From Squalus acanthias (taxonomy: Eukaryota): a stretch of 64,000 nucleotides of DNA. Within the stretch, counting starts at the first letter, position 1; each line of letters opens with the position of its first letter. The stretch lies in contig CM059432.1 in assembly GCA_030390025.1 (NCBI GenBank), positions 34,040,001-34,104,000 of the forward strand. The letters are read 5' to 3'. Shown one piece after another: positions 25,761-38,607 of this stretch. A program made the translations under genes and the position numbers. Below the pieces are notes generated by a model. It worked only from the letters and a program-made list of their open reading frames with translations. It searched no databases and was not told where the DNA came from.

Positions 25761-25985
25761 TATACAGAACTTACTGTGCCTAATGATTCGATTTGAACTC
25801 AGAACGTCTGAGTTGCTAGTCCAGTACCATAATCACAATGGTCCTCTACACTGTCTCATCCAGCACTCCCTGATTAGGTACAGCACAATTAGATGTAGTT
25901 TAAAGCTTTCTCTACACTACTAAGATCAGGTATACCAGGGGTCAGATGTAACTTCCTGCTCCCAACTTTACAACTTACTGTGCCT

Positions 25986-26446
25986 CCCGTGTCAGCTGTG
26001 GGTCAGTGGATAGCACTCTTGCCTCTCGAGTCAGAAGGTTGTGGGTTCAAGTCAAGTTCAAAAATCTAGGCTGACACTCCAGCGCAGTGCTGAGGGAGTG
26101 TTGCACTGCCAGAGATGCTGTCTTTTGGATGAGACGTTAAACCGAGGCCCTGTCTACTCTCTCAGGTGGACGTAAAAGATCCCATGGCACTATTTCGAAA
26201 AAGAGCAGCGGTGTTCTCCCTGGTATCCTGGCCAATATTTATCCCTCAACCAACATCACTAAAATAAACAGATGAGCCGATCATTTATTTCATTGCTGTT
26301 TGTGGGAGCTTGCTGTGCGCAAATTGACTGCCGTGTTTCCTACATTATAACAGTGACTACAATTCAAAAGTACTTCATTGGTTGTAAAGCACTTTGGGAC
26401 ATCCGGAGGTTGTGAAAAGCGCTATATAAATGCAAGTCTTTCTTTT
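25986..26446 (+). mobile_element. Deu-domain tRNA-SINE (SacSINE1-like), near full length
   Basis: tRNA-like head (tcagtggatagcactc..gggttcaagtc), central gtggacgtaaaagatcccatggcactatttcg, and L2-like tail gcgctatataaatgcaagtc. Many copies in the window. Confidence 0.85.
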
Positions 26447-26464
26447 TGCTAACATGGTGTTGTA

Positions 26465-26882
26465 TATCACATCTCTTCACACATCATGTACAACGAGCCA
26501 TGGAGCAGTACAGTGACCGTTGGTACATAGGTCAGGCAAAAATGGCAACAGCAAAACCCCACAAACAACAGTGAGATGAACAGCCAGTTAATCTGGTTTT
26601 GGTGGTTGAAGGAGGAATGATGGTCAGGGCAGCAAGCGACTCCCTGTTCTTCTTTGAACAGTGTCATAGGATCTTTAACATCCACCTGGTTCACTGGACT
26701 GGGTTCACAGAACTTGATTTAACATCTCATCTGAAGCATCGAGCCTCCAGTATTGCTGCGCTCCCTCAGTATTGTACAGCAATGTCAGCTTAGACTGTGA
26801 ACTCAAACTCTTAGTACGGGGATTGAATCTATGACCTTCTGGACCTGAGATGAGAATGGTTCCAACTAGGTCAAGATGACAC
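26465..26882 (-). mobile_element. Deu-domain SINE, degenerate
   Basis: Reverse-complement similarity to 25986-26446. Confidence 0.75.
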
Positions 26883-27229
26883 ATATGTACCAGCTGTGCC
26901 AAATCTGCTTCAAGGCCTTTTCCAATACCACTGTAAACTAGTCAATAGAAGTTGACGGAGATGAAGGGAACTCCTTTCAGTTGTCACTCCTCCTCTCCCT
27001 CTCTGGCTGCACTGGGCCTTCATTTGGCATCGCCTCACTGACAGGTCAGATGGGAATCTGATTGTGCGAGGAACTGACTGCTGCCAGCGTGCTGTCCCCT
27101 GCTACTCCAATGAATGGCACCATGCTGTTGAAACACTAGGGTTTTAATGAGCGATTGATCAGCCATCAATCAGGGACTGACTTTGACAAGAGCATCAAAG
27201 GGAAATAACGCACAGGAACCCATTTGTTT

Positions 27230-27615
27230 TTTTAATTCATTCTGGGGATGTGGACATTGCTGGCAAGGCCAGCATTTATTGGCCTACCCCAGTCGCCTTG
27301 ACTGAGTGGCTTGCTAAGCCACTCCAGAGGACAGTTTAGAGTCAACCACATTGGTGTGGGACTGGAGTCACATGTAGGCCAGACTGCGTAAGAACAGCAG
27401 GTTTCCTTCCCTGAAGGATATTAGTGAACCAGTTGGGCTTTTATGACAATCCGTCAGCTTCATGGTCACTATTACTGATACCAGCTTTTTATTTCCAGAT
27501 TTTAAAAAAAACTGAATTCAATTCTCAAACTGCCTTGGTGGGATTGTGAATTTACATTCTCTGGATTATTAGTCCAGGCCTCTGGATTACTAGCCTAGTA
27601 ATGTAACTACCGTAT
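27230..27615 (-). mobile_element. HE1-like tRNA-SINE
   Basis: Shared LINE tail (gctggcaaggccagcatttatt) and body conserved with 46095-46470 and 60830-61165. Confidence 0.8.
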
Positions 27616-28659
27616 CCTATTTAAAAAAAAATATACAAGTACATATCCTTTAAAGGACAATCGATGCCACTTGGAGGAGATATTGAGCTAATAATTTGAC
27701 CAATGTGAACTGCAGGCCACATATTGTCACATATGTTTATCAGCTTCAGAGAAAACCTTGTGAATTCATCACTTTTACATCATGCATTGAGAAACCAATG
27801 CAGAATCCTTTTCTAAATTATCCACGGTGTTTCTGTTGAATACTTATATTCCACAGCATTCAAAAGTCACAGAAGGTAACTTAAGGTGGGTGGTGCTCTT
27901 CTGAGGTTGAAGCTGAGGCACATTGTTAGAGCAGAGAAGATGAAACTTAACTCCGTGTCTAGCTGTACTATACCTGACCTGCAGAGCTTAATGCAGACAT
28001 TGAGTGTATGTGTGTGGTTACTGGTTGAGGACAATATTGTGCTGATCAATGAAGCTCCTACAAATGAATAGGCTGTGAACACTTGCTCTCTAGGATCACA
28101 CATGAAGCATAGGTACTTGGGAGAGGAGATGCAGGATGCACAATGGTTATGAAACTATACCGTATGGTTTGGAGAGAAAGGGAGAAAATTGGAGGTACCA
28201 AAAATAAATCAACGGGAAAGGAGAATAACTGACCATTGAGTTAAGCTATCTCTGGGTGTCCGAGGCTGGAGAAGTCATAGCCTGAACTTTGAGAGCATTT
28301 ACACCTCAGACTGCCATTAACTTAAGTCCCGAATTAGAAATGACTTTCAGTTGCATCGGGATTAGTGCTTCTATGCAGCTGTCTTTTTCTCAGGGAAAGA
28401 GCAGAGTGAGAGAGTGTACTTGGGAGGAGAAAAGGAATTCGTTATTTTATAAACGACTCATTGAGAGCTGGAGCTCAACCTTGGCACAAAAAAACTGAAG
28501 AGGTTCCCCTTAATTACCTCATCCTCACTCCAGACAAGCCCCTCTTTCACAATGAGTTAGAGCTCATTGAAAGTACTTATAGGCATTCAAACCAGAGCAT
28601 CTGTGCTGCATACTATTGGTTTATGCCTTTCCTTGTGCACTTAAGACTAAATAAGTGTG

Positions 28660-29190
28660 AGGAGAAAACAAAACAGAGGGAGGACAAAAGAAATCACTCA
28701 GATTGATAAGAAACAGAGACAGAGCGAAATACAGAGAGGGAGAAAGAGAGATAGAGATGGAGAGGAATGGAGAAATAGGGAGACAGAAAGAACTGCGGAA
28801 AGATGGAAAGAGGGATGGAGAAATACAGAAATGGAGGGAAAGAGAAAGGTAGAGAGAAACAGATGGAGAAACAGAGAGGTAGAGAGAGATACAGCAATGA
28901 AAAGAAACAGATGAAGAACTGGAGACAAAGGAGAGAAAGATGAGAGAGTACATTGAGAGATAGAGAGAATATAGACACAGAGGATACAGAAAGGAGGCAT
29001 ACAAAGAGAAAGCGAGAAACCGAAAGAGACATGCAGTTAGAATGAGGAAGAGAGACATATAGAACAAGAAAAGCAAGGGAATGGATAAACTGAAAAATTA
29101 AGGGGAAGAAAAAAAAAAAATCAGAAAGAGAGAAGATAGAGAAAAAAAATCAAATAAAAGTGGAGTAAGAAATTGGAAGAGAGGCAGCAG
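28660..29190. repeat. GA-rich low-complexity tract
   Basis: Purine-rich degenerate (GA)n; source of spurious Ser/Leu/Phe and Arg/Glu ORFs. Confidence 0.85.
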
Positions 29191-29444
29191 AGAGAATTCC
29201 AGCTGGCCGTTCCAATATTGAATTTCACTTCCTGATTATATACACCTGCCCAGTTTGTTTGAAAAATGATCGTTTTCTCTTAAAGCAGTGAGTAGAGGAG
29301 ACTGGCAGAACCCAGCTCGGCCAGTCTGTGAGGATAGATGGGCCCTGTGAGCTGGCTCATCATTTTCTGAGGTGATGGAAAATTGAGATACCTGAGGTGG
29401 GATTCAAAAAAATGGGACTGTTCCAAGCTTTCATCACCTTAGAC

Positions 29445-29877
29445 TGGGTCAGACACTTGCCTCTAAGTCAGACGGTCAAGGGTTCAAGTCCCACTCCAGA
29501 GTTTTGAGCACATAATTCAGGCAGACACTTCAGTGCAGCACTGTCTAAGGTGCCGTCTTTCAGATGAGACATTAAACTGGGGCCCCATCTGCTCTCTCAG
29601 GTGGATGTAAAAGATCCCATGGCACTATTTCGAAGAGCAGGGGAGTTCTCCCCGGTATCCTGGCCAATATTTATCCCTCAACCATCATCACTTAAAAAAC
29701 AGATTATCTGGACATATTTCTCATTGCTGTTTATGGGACTTTGCTGTGCGCAGATTGGCTTCCACGTTTCCTACATTACAACTGTGATTACACTTCAAAG
29801 TACTTCATTGGCTGTAAACCGCTTTGGGACGTTCTGAGGTCATGAAAGGCGCTATATGAATGCAAGACTTTCTTTCT
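29445..29877 (+). mobile_element. Deu-domain SINE (SacSINE1-like)
   Basis: High similarity to 25986-26446. Confidence 0.85.
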
Positions 29878-32800
29878 CTGGAATTTGGGTTTGTATCTAA
29901 GAGAAAAGAAATAACTTGCATTTATATGGCGCCTTTCATGACCTTAGGACATCCCAAAGTGCTTTACAGTCAATGAAGTACATTTGAGGTGTAGTCACTG
30001 TTGTAATGTAGGAAATGCAGCAGCGCACAGCAAGGTTCCAAAAACAGCAATGAGATAATGACCAGATAATCTGTTTTAGTGATAAATGTTGAAGGATAAA
30101 TATTGGCCAGGACCCCAGGAGAACTCCCCTTGTTGCGAGTAAGGCTCATTCACTAATAAGAGATACCAAGTAAAGTACCATGTACTGTAGCCTCTGCAAC
30201 GCATGCCCCTTCCCTGGCACTCTCTAATAACACACCTCATTTTCCTTTCTTTTCCAAAAGTTTTATGCCTCTCAAGGTGTTAGTGGTGGGGAATGGAACT
30301 CTTCCCATTTCAGTCAGTATCAAGCACTCCCAGGTCGGGGCATAGCACGACCACATGCAGCGTGAAGCTTGCTCTACTATGCTCCAAGAACATACATCAG
30401 CCCCAACCTCAGAAGAGAGCCCCCAACTGCACCATTTCTCACACCCATCATCTCGCTCTCTCTCTCTTTCTCTCAGCAAGATTAGCGCTGCGTTAAAGAT
30501 GGGTTTGGGCAGATTCATTCTGGTTCCAAGTACAAAATAGGCCAGGGAATCTGACACTGAGCTGGTTTCCTGACAGTGCTTTGCAATACGATGCAGGTAT
30601 GCTGAGCTTGTTTAGCAGGCTAACACAGGAGATCTTTCTTTTAATGTAATCTCAGAATGTGTGCATCGCTGATAAGGCCAGCATGCACTGCCCATTCCTT
30701 GTTGCCCTGAGAAAGTGGTGGTGGGCCTTCTACTTGAACCACTGCAGTCCCTGTGGTGAAGGTCTTGTTATTTTTCCCAAATGTGCATTAGTGAACCAGT
30801 TGGGTTTTTAACCACAATCTGACAGCTTCATAGTCACTTTTTCTGATACCAGATTTTTTGAAACTCCATTTGTTTTTAAACTGAATTCAAATTCTCAAAC
30901 TGCCATGGAGAGAGTTGAATTTTGTTCTCTGGATTATTAATCCTGACCGCTAGATTACTAGTCCAGTAACATAACCACTACACTACCGCAACCCTTAGTA
31001 GCTCCAGCAGAACAAGAACATGGGTCACTCCTGTCCCCAGAACCAGCTCATTTACATTTCCAAGTGCAGCTAACCGCAGAAGAGCAGTGCGTTTACTTTG
31101 AGATATACAGTAAGTGCCGTTAACGACAGAAGGTGTGAAAAGTGCTCACGAGCAGTCGGGGTTGTGATGTTTAGCTTCTAAAATAGAGCTGTGCGTTGAA
31201 CCTGCTGCTTTTTACCCCAGCAATTTACAGGGCAAATGTAAAAAAAAACACACACTTGGTATGGAGTGCCGTTTACTGGGAGTATATATTGGGAATTTGG
31301 GTCCGGAGGTCAGTAGGTCCTGCAGAATTTTCTGTCTATTCCTTCTAATGGCAAAACTCCGCAACAGGAGTATGAATTTGTAAAATTTACCATTTGGTGT
31401 CAAATAGCGTCAGCACTGGGCAGTTTTGTATTGTGGACCCAGGTCTATTTAATAACAGAGTTCAAGCTGCCCTAACCAATTTTTCACATAGGACACTTAC
31501 AGGGTGAGAGCGAATGACTTTCATCCCCTCCTTTCTGGGCTGGATTTCAACACAGCTCCCAGAGATGATAGGCCAGTGTTCCAACCAGCCACACCGCCCA
31601 GGCTGAAGTTAACAAGACATTTTTTTTTTTTTAATGTTAACGTTCTGAAACCAAATATTCAGATGTAGCTCAGTGACTCAACGGTGGAATAAGTAAAACT
31701 TAAGAACTAGCCAGCTATATGGATGTAACATTCAATCGCAGCCTAGGGAGTGTTCAAGACAGGGTTTGAGAGAGGTTAGTGGCACCATCAGTGTCAGCAT
31801 GGGAAATATTAAGGCATTCCCTGAGCTTGAAACAAGTCTAATTGAACTCAATGCAAAGTTGAACTGATTATTTAATGCAAAAGCAAAATATTTCTCACAC
31901 TGGTGTCGGGTTTATTTCTCTAACAACATTCTTCGAGAGAGAGTCTGGATAGCTCAGGCAGCAGGCTATTCGACTGTAGGAGGTATTACAGCTGAGCCAG
32001 ATTCTGACCTCACTTGCGTGCACTTTCCAGGAGGAGTTACTGGATAGAGAATTTGAATGGACAACCTGGAAAATTGTTCTGCTGCCCGAGCCCAATGGCT
32101 CTGAGGCCAACTATAGTTCTTCATCTACTGAGATTAGCTAACTCACCATAGGCTGAGGCTCGAACCCGAGACATTCCTGGTCAATGTGGCTGAGTACCAA
32201 CTGAGCCAGCAGAGGAACTGGGAAATAATGGGGGTCAAATTGGAAATGGGTGAGGATGCAAAACTGGGAGGTTTAATCACATGATCTCCCACCTCAATTA
32301 GTCACCCGGCCCGTCAATCCATGCAGCAAATGGTCATTAATGGAGAGTACAATACCCACAATCTTCTGCCCTAGCCAAAGTTTATCCCTCAACTATCACT
32401 AAAACAGATTACCTGGTCATTTATCGCACTGCTGTTTCTGGGAGCTTGCTGTGTGTAAATTGGCTGCCGCGTTTCCTACATTGCAACAGCGACTATACTT
32501 CAAAAAAAGGACTTTTTTGGTTGTGGAGCACTTTGGGGCATCCGGACGTCGTGAAAGGCACTGTATAAATACAAGTTCTTTCCTTTTTTTGTGTGTAATT
32601 TTGAAGGGAATAAAATGAGCACACAAAGGGTTATTTGAACTGGGTGGAGCCTGGGTGGGTGCAACGAACGGATGACACCACAATTTATTAGACTGTTTAC
32701 CAAGTCTTGAGCGAGATTGCATAGGTCTGGATGATGGGTGTATACAATGGCGATTTGCATGTTGGCATGTTTAGATCGTGACTTTACTACGAGTAACACA

Positions 32801-33969
32801 GGTCTGGAATGTTTTCCTCTTAACAGATGTTGAACGTCTGAATAATTAATGGTCTCAAGCCCAAATGCAGCATGTGGAATTCTGCTTCAAACTGTTCAGT
32901 GCCGGCTTTCCTTCCCTGGATTATATAGTGAATTAAACCACTGGGTGAAGTGGATGGTGTAGCGGGTCAGGACGAGTGTCAATACAACAGATAAAGGTCT
33001 CCTCTTTGTCTCTTTCTGAAATAAATAACTTTCACTTATAAAGCACCTTTCACAACCTCAGGACGTCCCAAAGCACTTCACAGCCAATGAAGTAACTTTG
33101 AAGTGCAGCCCCTGTTGTAATGTAAGGAAAGGCAGCAACCGCAGCAAGGTCCCACAAATGGCAATGAGATGAATGACTAGATAATATTTTAGTGATGTTG
33201 GTTGAAAGAAAAAAATAATGTGCTTTTATATAGTACCTTTCACGACCTCAGGACATCCCAGAGCACTTTGCAGCACCGACCTTGAGGGATAGAACTTGGC
33301 TAAGACACCAGGAGAACATCCCTGCTCATCAAATAATGCAACGGGATCTTTTACACCCATCTAAACAGGCAGGCAAGGCCTCTTCCATTTAACATCTCAA
33401 CCAAACAACAGCACCTCCAACAGTGCAGCACTCCTTCGGTAGTCCACTGAAGTGCCAGCTGAGATTATGGTCGCAAGCTACTGGAGTGGGGCTTGAACCC
33501 ATGACTTTGACTCACTAATGAGAGTGCTTCCAGTGAGCCAAACTGACACTCAGAACGCAGGTGTTCACTAAAGCCAAGCAATGGGTCAAACGGCCCAATG
33601 CAGTGGCCCTACTCTGCCAATGAGATTACATGACACAAATGGGTTCAAGAGGCTTATGTAGTATTAGTAACAAACATGTTAATGAAATGTCTCTGTCCAT
33701 TATTTTAAAGGAGAGGTCATTCAAAATAGAGACACTGACACCTTGATTTGAATAGTGGACAAAGGGATCTCATGGAGAGGCATTGAATGCATTTATTAAT
33801 ATCATCCGTCACTATTTCAAGGCAAAGGATACCTTGCTGCATTTAAGAACAGCATCTACCAATGCACTGACTGAACAGGTGAGGACACTATTCCTAAATG
33901 CCAAACAAGACTTACTTGAAGTAAAAGAATGGTGGGCCATCTGACAACTCCGAATGTGATATTGACCAA

Positions 33970-34510
33970 TATAGCAACAATAACAACTTGAATATATATA
34001 GCACCTTTAATGTAGTAAACCGTCCCAAGGAGCTTAACAGGAATGTTATCAGACAAAAATTGACACCGAGCCAAAGAAGGAGACACTTGGTGAAAGAGTT
34101 AGGTTTAAGAGGAGAAAGAGGTGAAATGGAGAAGAGGTTTGGGGAAGAAACTCCAGAGCTTAGGGCCTAGACGGCTGAAGGCATAGCAGCCAATGATGGG
34201 ATAAAGGAAGTGGGGGATGAACAAGAGGCCAGAACTGGAGGAACGTAGAGTTCTCGAAGGGTTTAGGGCTAGAGGAGGTTACAGAGACCATGGAGGGATT
34301 TGAACACAAGCATGAAAATTTTAGAATGGAGGTGTTGGTGGGCCGGGAGGCAATTTAGGTCGGCGAGCACAGGGGTGATGGGTGATCGGGACTTGGTGCG
34401 AGTTAGGATATGGGCAGCCGCGTTTTGTATGTGCTCAAGTTTATGGAGGGTGGAAGATGGGAGGCCAGACTAGAATAGAGTCTGGAGGTAACAAAAGCAT
34501 GGAGGAGGGT
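33970..34510 (-). mobile_element. L2-like LINE 3' fragment
   Basis: LHAFVTSRL motif on the minus strand and L2 tail aaaggtgctatatatattcaagttgttattgttg. Confidence 0.8.
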
Positions 34511-36509
34511 ATAAGCCAGGAAGATGACAGGTTCAATTCCCAGTCTATGCTGAATTGGCTGAGGAGCAGCAGACAGACTTCTATAAATGGCCACAGTATC
34601 CCAGGCTAGAGAAGGGGGAAAAAATCAGCCTGGCTTCCTGTTTCTGATTACTATCCAGCATCCCCTGTTAGTAGGTGTGGACATCTAATGAGGGCACGGT
34701 TGGGTTGGCTGTGATGCCTTCCATTAGCAAATAGCTTTTTGACCCTCACTGTCTGGGCTCCCACATGAAGAAAGGCTACTGAATGAGCTAATGGTGACAG
34801 CATGAGCCAGTGCCTTAGGAGAGGAAGGAAGAAAACTGGCTTGGCTGACATACAGTAAGGTGGGACATGGGCCTATGTCCAAAATTCCCAGAACACAGGT
34901 CCGTGAAATACCCCACACTGAGTTGCTGAATGCAAGCACGTCACTGATGGGGAGGGGAGGGGTGCGGAATACTCCTTTTAATGAAAAACAGGAAAATGTC
35001 TGATTGTTAGCAATCACATTTAAAAGCATTGAAATTCCACCAGTTAGTTAGCAGATCTTTAATGATGAAGAAAACTGGGTATTCTTTAATTGAAAGATGA
35101 ATTTCACTCCCTAACTGTTCTCCAAACAGGAGAGAGTAGATGTACCCTTGGCATGCATCCGCACCACAGGCTTAGTGGATACAACTCCTTTCATACCAGC
35201 TCTGCATCCAAACCTCTGGCCTCCAACACTATCCAGGTTATGAAGACCTTCCAGTAGCTCCTATGTATGTCTGGCAGAGGCCTGGGATTTGTTTGCTTGC
35301 ATAGCCTCTCAGTTGAAGTATGAGGGGTAACTCGGTGATCCTGCACTCCCGCTGTAGCCCTGTTTCTCTAGCCTGGGCCTGCTGGGAGCTCTGGGTCGTG
35401 GAATCACCCTCTTGTGTCCTGTCCAACATCTAGCCCTCAACAACACCACAAAAACAGATGATCTGCTCATTTCTCTCATTGCTGTTTGAGACCTTGCTGT
35501 GTGCAAATTGGCTGCTGCTTTTCCAACACATTACAACAGTGACTACACTTCAAAAGTATTTCATTGGCTGTGAAGCACTTTGGGTCGTCCTGAGGACTTG
35601 AAAGGTGCTATATAAATGCAAGTTCTTTTTTTCTATGGAGCCTGGCATGGCAAACTTTAAAAAGAGGCAGAGGGAATATGTGTTCATTAAGGTGGGGGCT
35701 GCCAGTCTGAGGGAAATGAAACCCTTGTGCAGTTGTGGATCCAGTATTAGCATCGCACACTCCTAGGTTGATTAAACAGCAGGCAGATGTAAATCTCCTA
35801 GCTTGTACCAAAAATACATCTCAACCCCAACCTTACCTGCCCAGAATGGCAATCTCCTGTCCCAAACCAGCCATTCTTGCAGCCCAAGTCAGATTGCCAA
35901 TTTGTTTCCAACCTACAGGTAGTTTTGTCCTGGGGTCCTCTACTGACTGGAAACAGAGTTGCGATGTGACCCACATTAGACTGGGCTGCATTAAGATCCA
36001 GGCCCTAGAGATGGAAGGGTTTGTAACCCATTGCATGATGGAACAGTGGACTACATTTTCACTTCCTCCACTCCTGCTGGAGAGCTTTATATACTGGGAG
36101 CGCATGTTAGGAATTTGGGGATGTGTGTCTGAGTTCCCAATGTACACTCAAAGCTCTACACCAGCAGTGCGGAAACTAGAATTTACCCCATTGTCCTTTC
36201 AGATCTAGGTCCTGGGTTCAAATCCAACCCAAACACAGAAGACAAACAAAGGAATGTACAGGTCTGGAAGAAACCATTGCTGACGCATCCCAAAAGGTCA
36301 AAAACTACTCTGTCTCCAAAAATCGCTCAAATCATTGGATTCATTTCTGTGTATTAATAGAATTGCTCGATTTTTTTTCCAGACAAGGTGGGGAAAAAGT
36401 TTAGTATTCCTTAAAGTAAGGTGGTGTGGGAGGAAAGTCTACAATGGAATAGTCATACATGGACTCAGGTTCAGTGCGGTGAACAGCCTTTGCTCAATCC
36501 GGACTTTAT

Positions 36510-36625
36510 GGGGTAGATTTTCAACTTGGCATAAAACTGGCGTTGTTGGTCAAGCACCAGTTATAGAACGGGCGGACGATCTAGAACGTCAGCTTTATGC
36601 CCAGACAAGTTGAAATCTACTCCCC
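36510..36625. mobile_element. Short Harbinger-like MITE
   Basis: TIRs GGGGTAGATTTTCAACTTG / CAAGTTGAAATCTACTCCCC with TAT duplicated on both sides. Confidence 0.7.
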
Positions 36626-36922
36626 TATTTTTCACGCTAAATATCTATCCAGTTCCCTCTTGAATTTATCAATTCATAATTTGAGAGCTAAAACGAAGCT
36701 GGTTCAAAATTACTCCAGGAAAAATCTATACACAAAGATAGAATTTGGATTTATAGAATCACATCATCATACCTCAAAAGGCTTCACAACCAAGAAGATG
36801 CAGTTACTAGGCCTGGAATTTCCTCTGAGCCTATAGCGCTCCACCGTTTATAATTCTGCTGCACTTCCAGCGCAGGTACAGCGGCAGAAGCTCCAAGGAA
36901 ATTCCCAGCCCACATAGGTAAA

Positions 36923-37102
36923 CAAATGTGAGAAGTCGCACAACACCAGGTTATAGTCCAACAGCTTTATTTGAAATTACCTGACGAAGGAGCAGCGCTC
37001 CGAAAGCTTGTGATTTCAAATAAAGCTGTTGGACTATAACCTGGTGTTGTGCGACTTCTCACATTTGTCCACCCCAGTCCAACACCGGCATCTCCACATC
37101 AT
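36923..37102 (+). mobile_element. Penelope-like element 3' fragment with 5' inversion
   Basis: TSD acataggtaaa (36912-36922, 37103-37113); 59-bp inverted arms; 3' end gtccaccccagtccaacaccggcatctccacatcat. Confidence 0.85.
36981..37009 (+). ncRNA. Minimal type I hammerhead ribozyme core
   Basis: CUGACGA-A-GGAGC(agc)GCUCC-GAAA-GC-UU: both catalytic boxes, 5-bp helix II and palindromic helix III (AGCU), as in Penelope-associated minimal hammerheads. Confidence 0.7.
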
Positions 37103-37269
37103 ACATAGGTAAAGGCAGCAGACAATTTTCACACAGCAAGGTCCCGTAGACAGAAGACAAGGAGCAACTTGTCAGTCTGTTTTTGGCCAGTGTACCAAGC
37201 AAACTTCTTTCTCAGCTTTCAGTCTACCATTGGATCTTTTATATCCACCTCAGCAGTGAGGGCAGACAA

Positions 37270-37399
37270 GGGGGTGGATTTTAACAGGAGCAGGTTTCTG
37301 GTGGGAAATTTGCATAAATTCACAAGATCTTGCAGGTTAAAATCAGAGATGGCGGGAAAGAGTTGAATTCCAAGCGGGTAGGGTGTAAAATCAACCCCC
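37270..37399. mobile_element. Short Harbinger-like MITE nested in a Deu-SINE
   Basis: TIRs GGGGGTGGATTTTA / TAAAATCAACCCCC. Confidence 0.6.
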
Positions 37400-38607
37400 T
37401 TCCCCACCCAAGGACACTGGCGTACACATGTCCTAAAGACGGCACCTCTGACAATGCTGCACTCCTTCACTACTGCACTGAGGTGGAGGCTTAGATTATG
37501 TGCTGAAGTCCTGGAGTGGGACTTGAACCCACTGAGATATTTGGGAATCATTAGGATCAGAAAGATAGAGCTGCCACGGCTAACTAAATGGTGAAACAGG
37601 CTCGAAGGGCCGACTCCTGTTCCTAATGACACTACCCGTCCCGCCCTCTCCATCTCCCTTCCTGTGGTCCACAGTTAAGATTTCTGGAATATATTACCAT
37701 TTATCAGTACATAATTGAATAAAAACAATTACATGTCTCGAGTTTTATTGGAATCAGATGTGCTCTTTAAAATGTAAAGGAATTTTAGAAAAAATAATTT
37801 TTAAAAATGTAAACATCACAAGACAAATTTCTGGAATAACTGAAGGCCACAGATCAGAACCAGCCTTCCTGAAAAATGGTCAAAGAGAAGCTTCAGATCT
37901 TTTGCCAGTTAAAAAAAACAACCCATACATCACAGAGATCAAAGAATGTTCCAGCACAGAAAAAAGGCCATTCAGCCCATTGAGCCTGTGTGCTGCTATC
38001 CCCTCATAGGAACCACCTGCTCTATCCCACGCTACTTCTCATTACTGGATCTCCCGTGGCGTTGCTCAGGGTAATCCAGATGATGCACTGCTTTATAAGG
38101 GCAGGAGTGTTACGCCATTTAACATGCCCTGTATTATTCTGCTGCCAAGACGGAACTGTGTTTAACCAGGCCTGCCCCTGTTAAAACCACACAGTCTAAT
38201 TGATTTCAACAGGCGCATCCTGAGGTCAGTTAATTGCTGTTGCGAGGGAAATTTGAAAATTGGCAGATGCTTGTAAATTCCCAGCTCCCGGTCAGGAAAA
38301 CCCAGCGTGAAATAGCTGACTTTCTTATTCATTTTTCTCTATATACCCTTGACACATTGAAGTGTGCTATCTCTGGTGTGACATATACAGATAGGAACAT
38401 TGAAAGACCAAGGTCCATCCAATTCGCCTTCTACCATCCTGGTAGTCACATGATATAACGATAATGGAGTTATTGACTAATCATAGCAATCAATTAGTCT
38501 ACAACAGACCCACAAGCTATTAACTGTCTAGCAAGTTGGTGGTATTCTGTACTATGGGCGTTGTCCATCAACTAGGTTCATCAGCCTTGCAAGGAGTGGA
38601 GGATCCG

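Noticed and set aside
25990..26060. tRNA gene
   Set aside because: tRNA-derived SINE head continuing into the SINE body; no complete cloverleaf.
28621..29076. Long hydrophobic or charged ORFs (also 48143-48505, 56214-56575, 60035-60340)
   Set aside because: Products of GA/CT low-complexity tracts.
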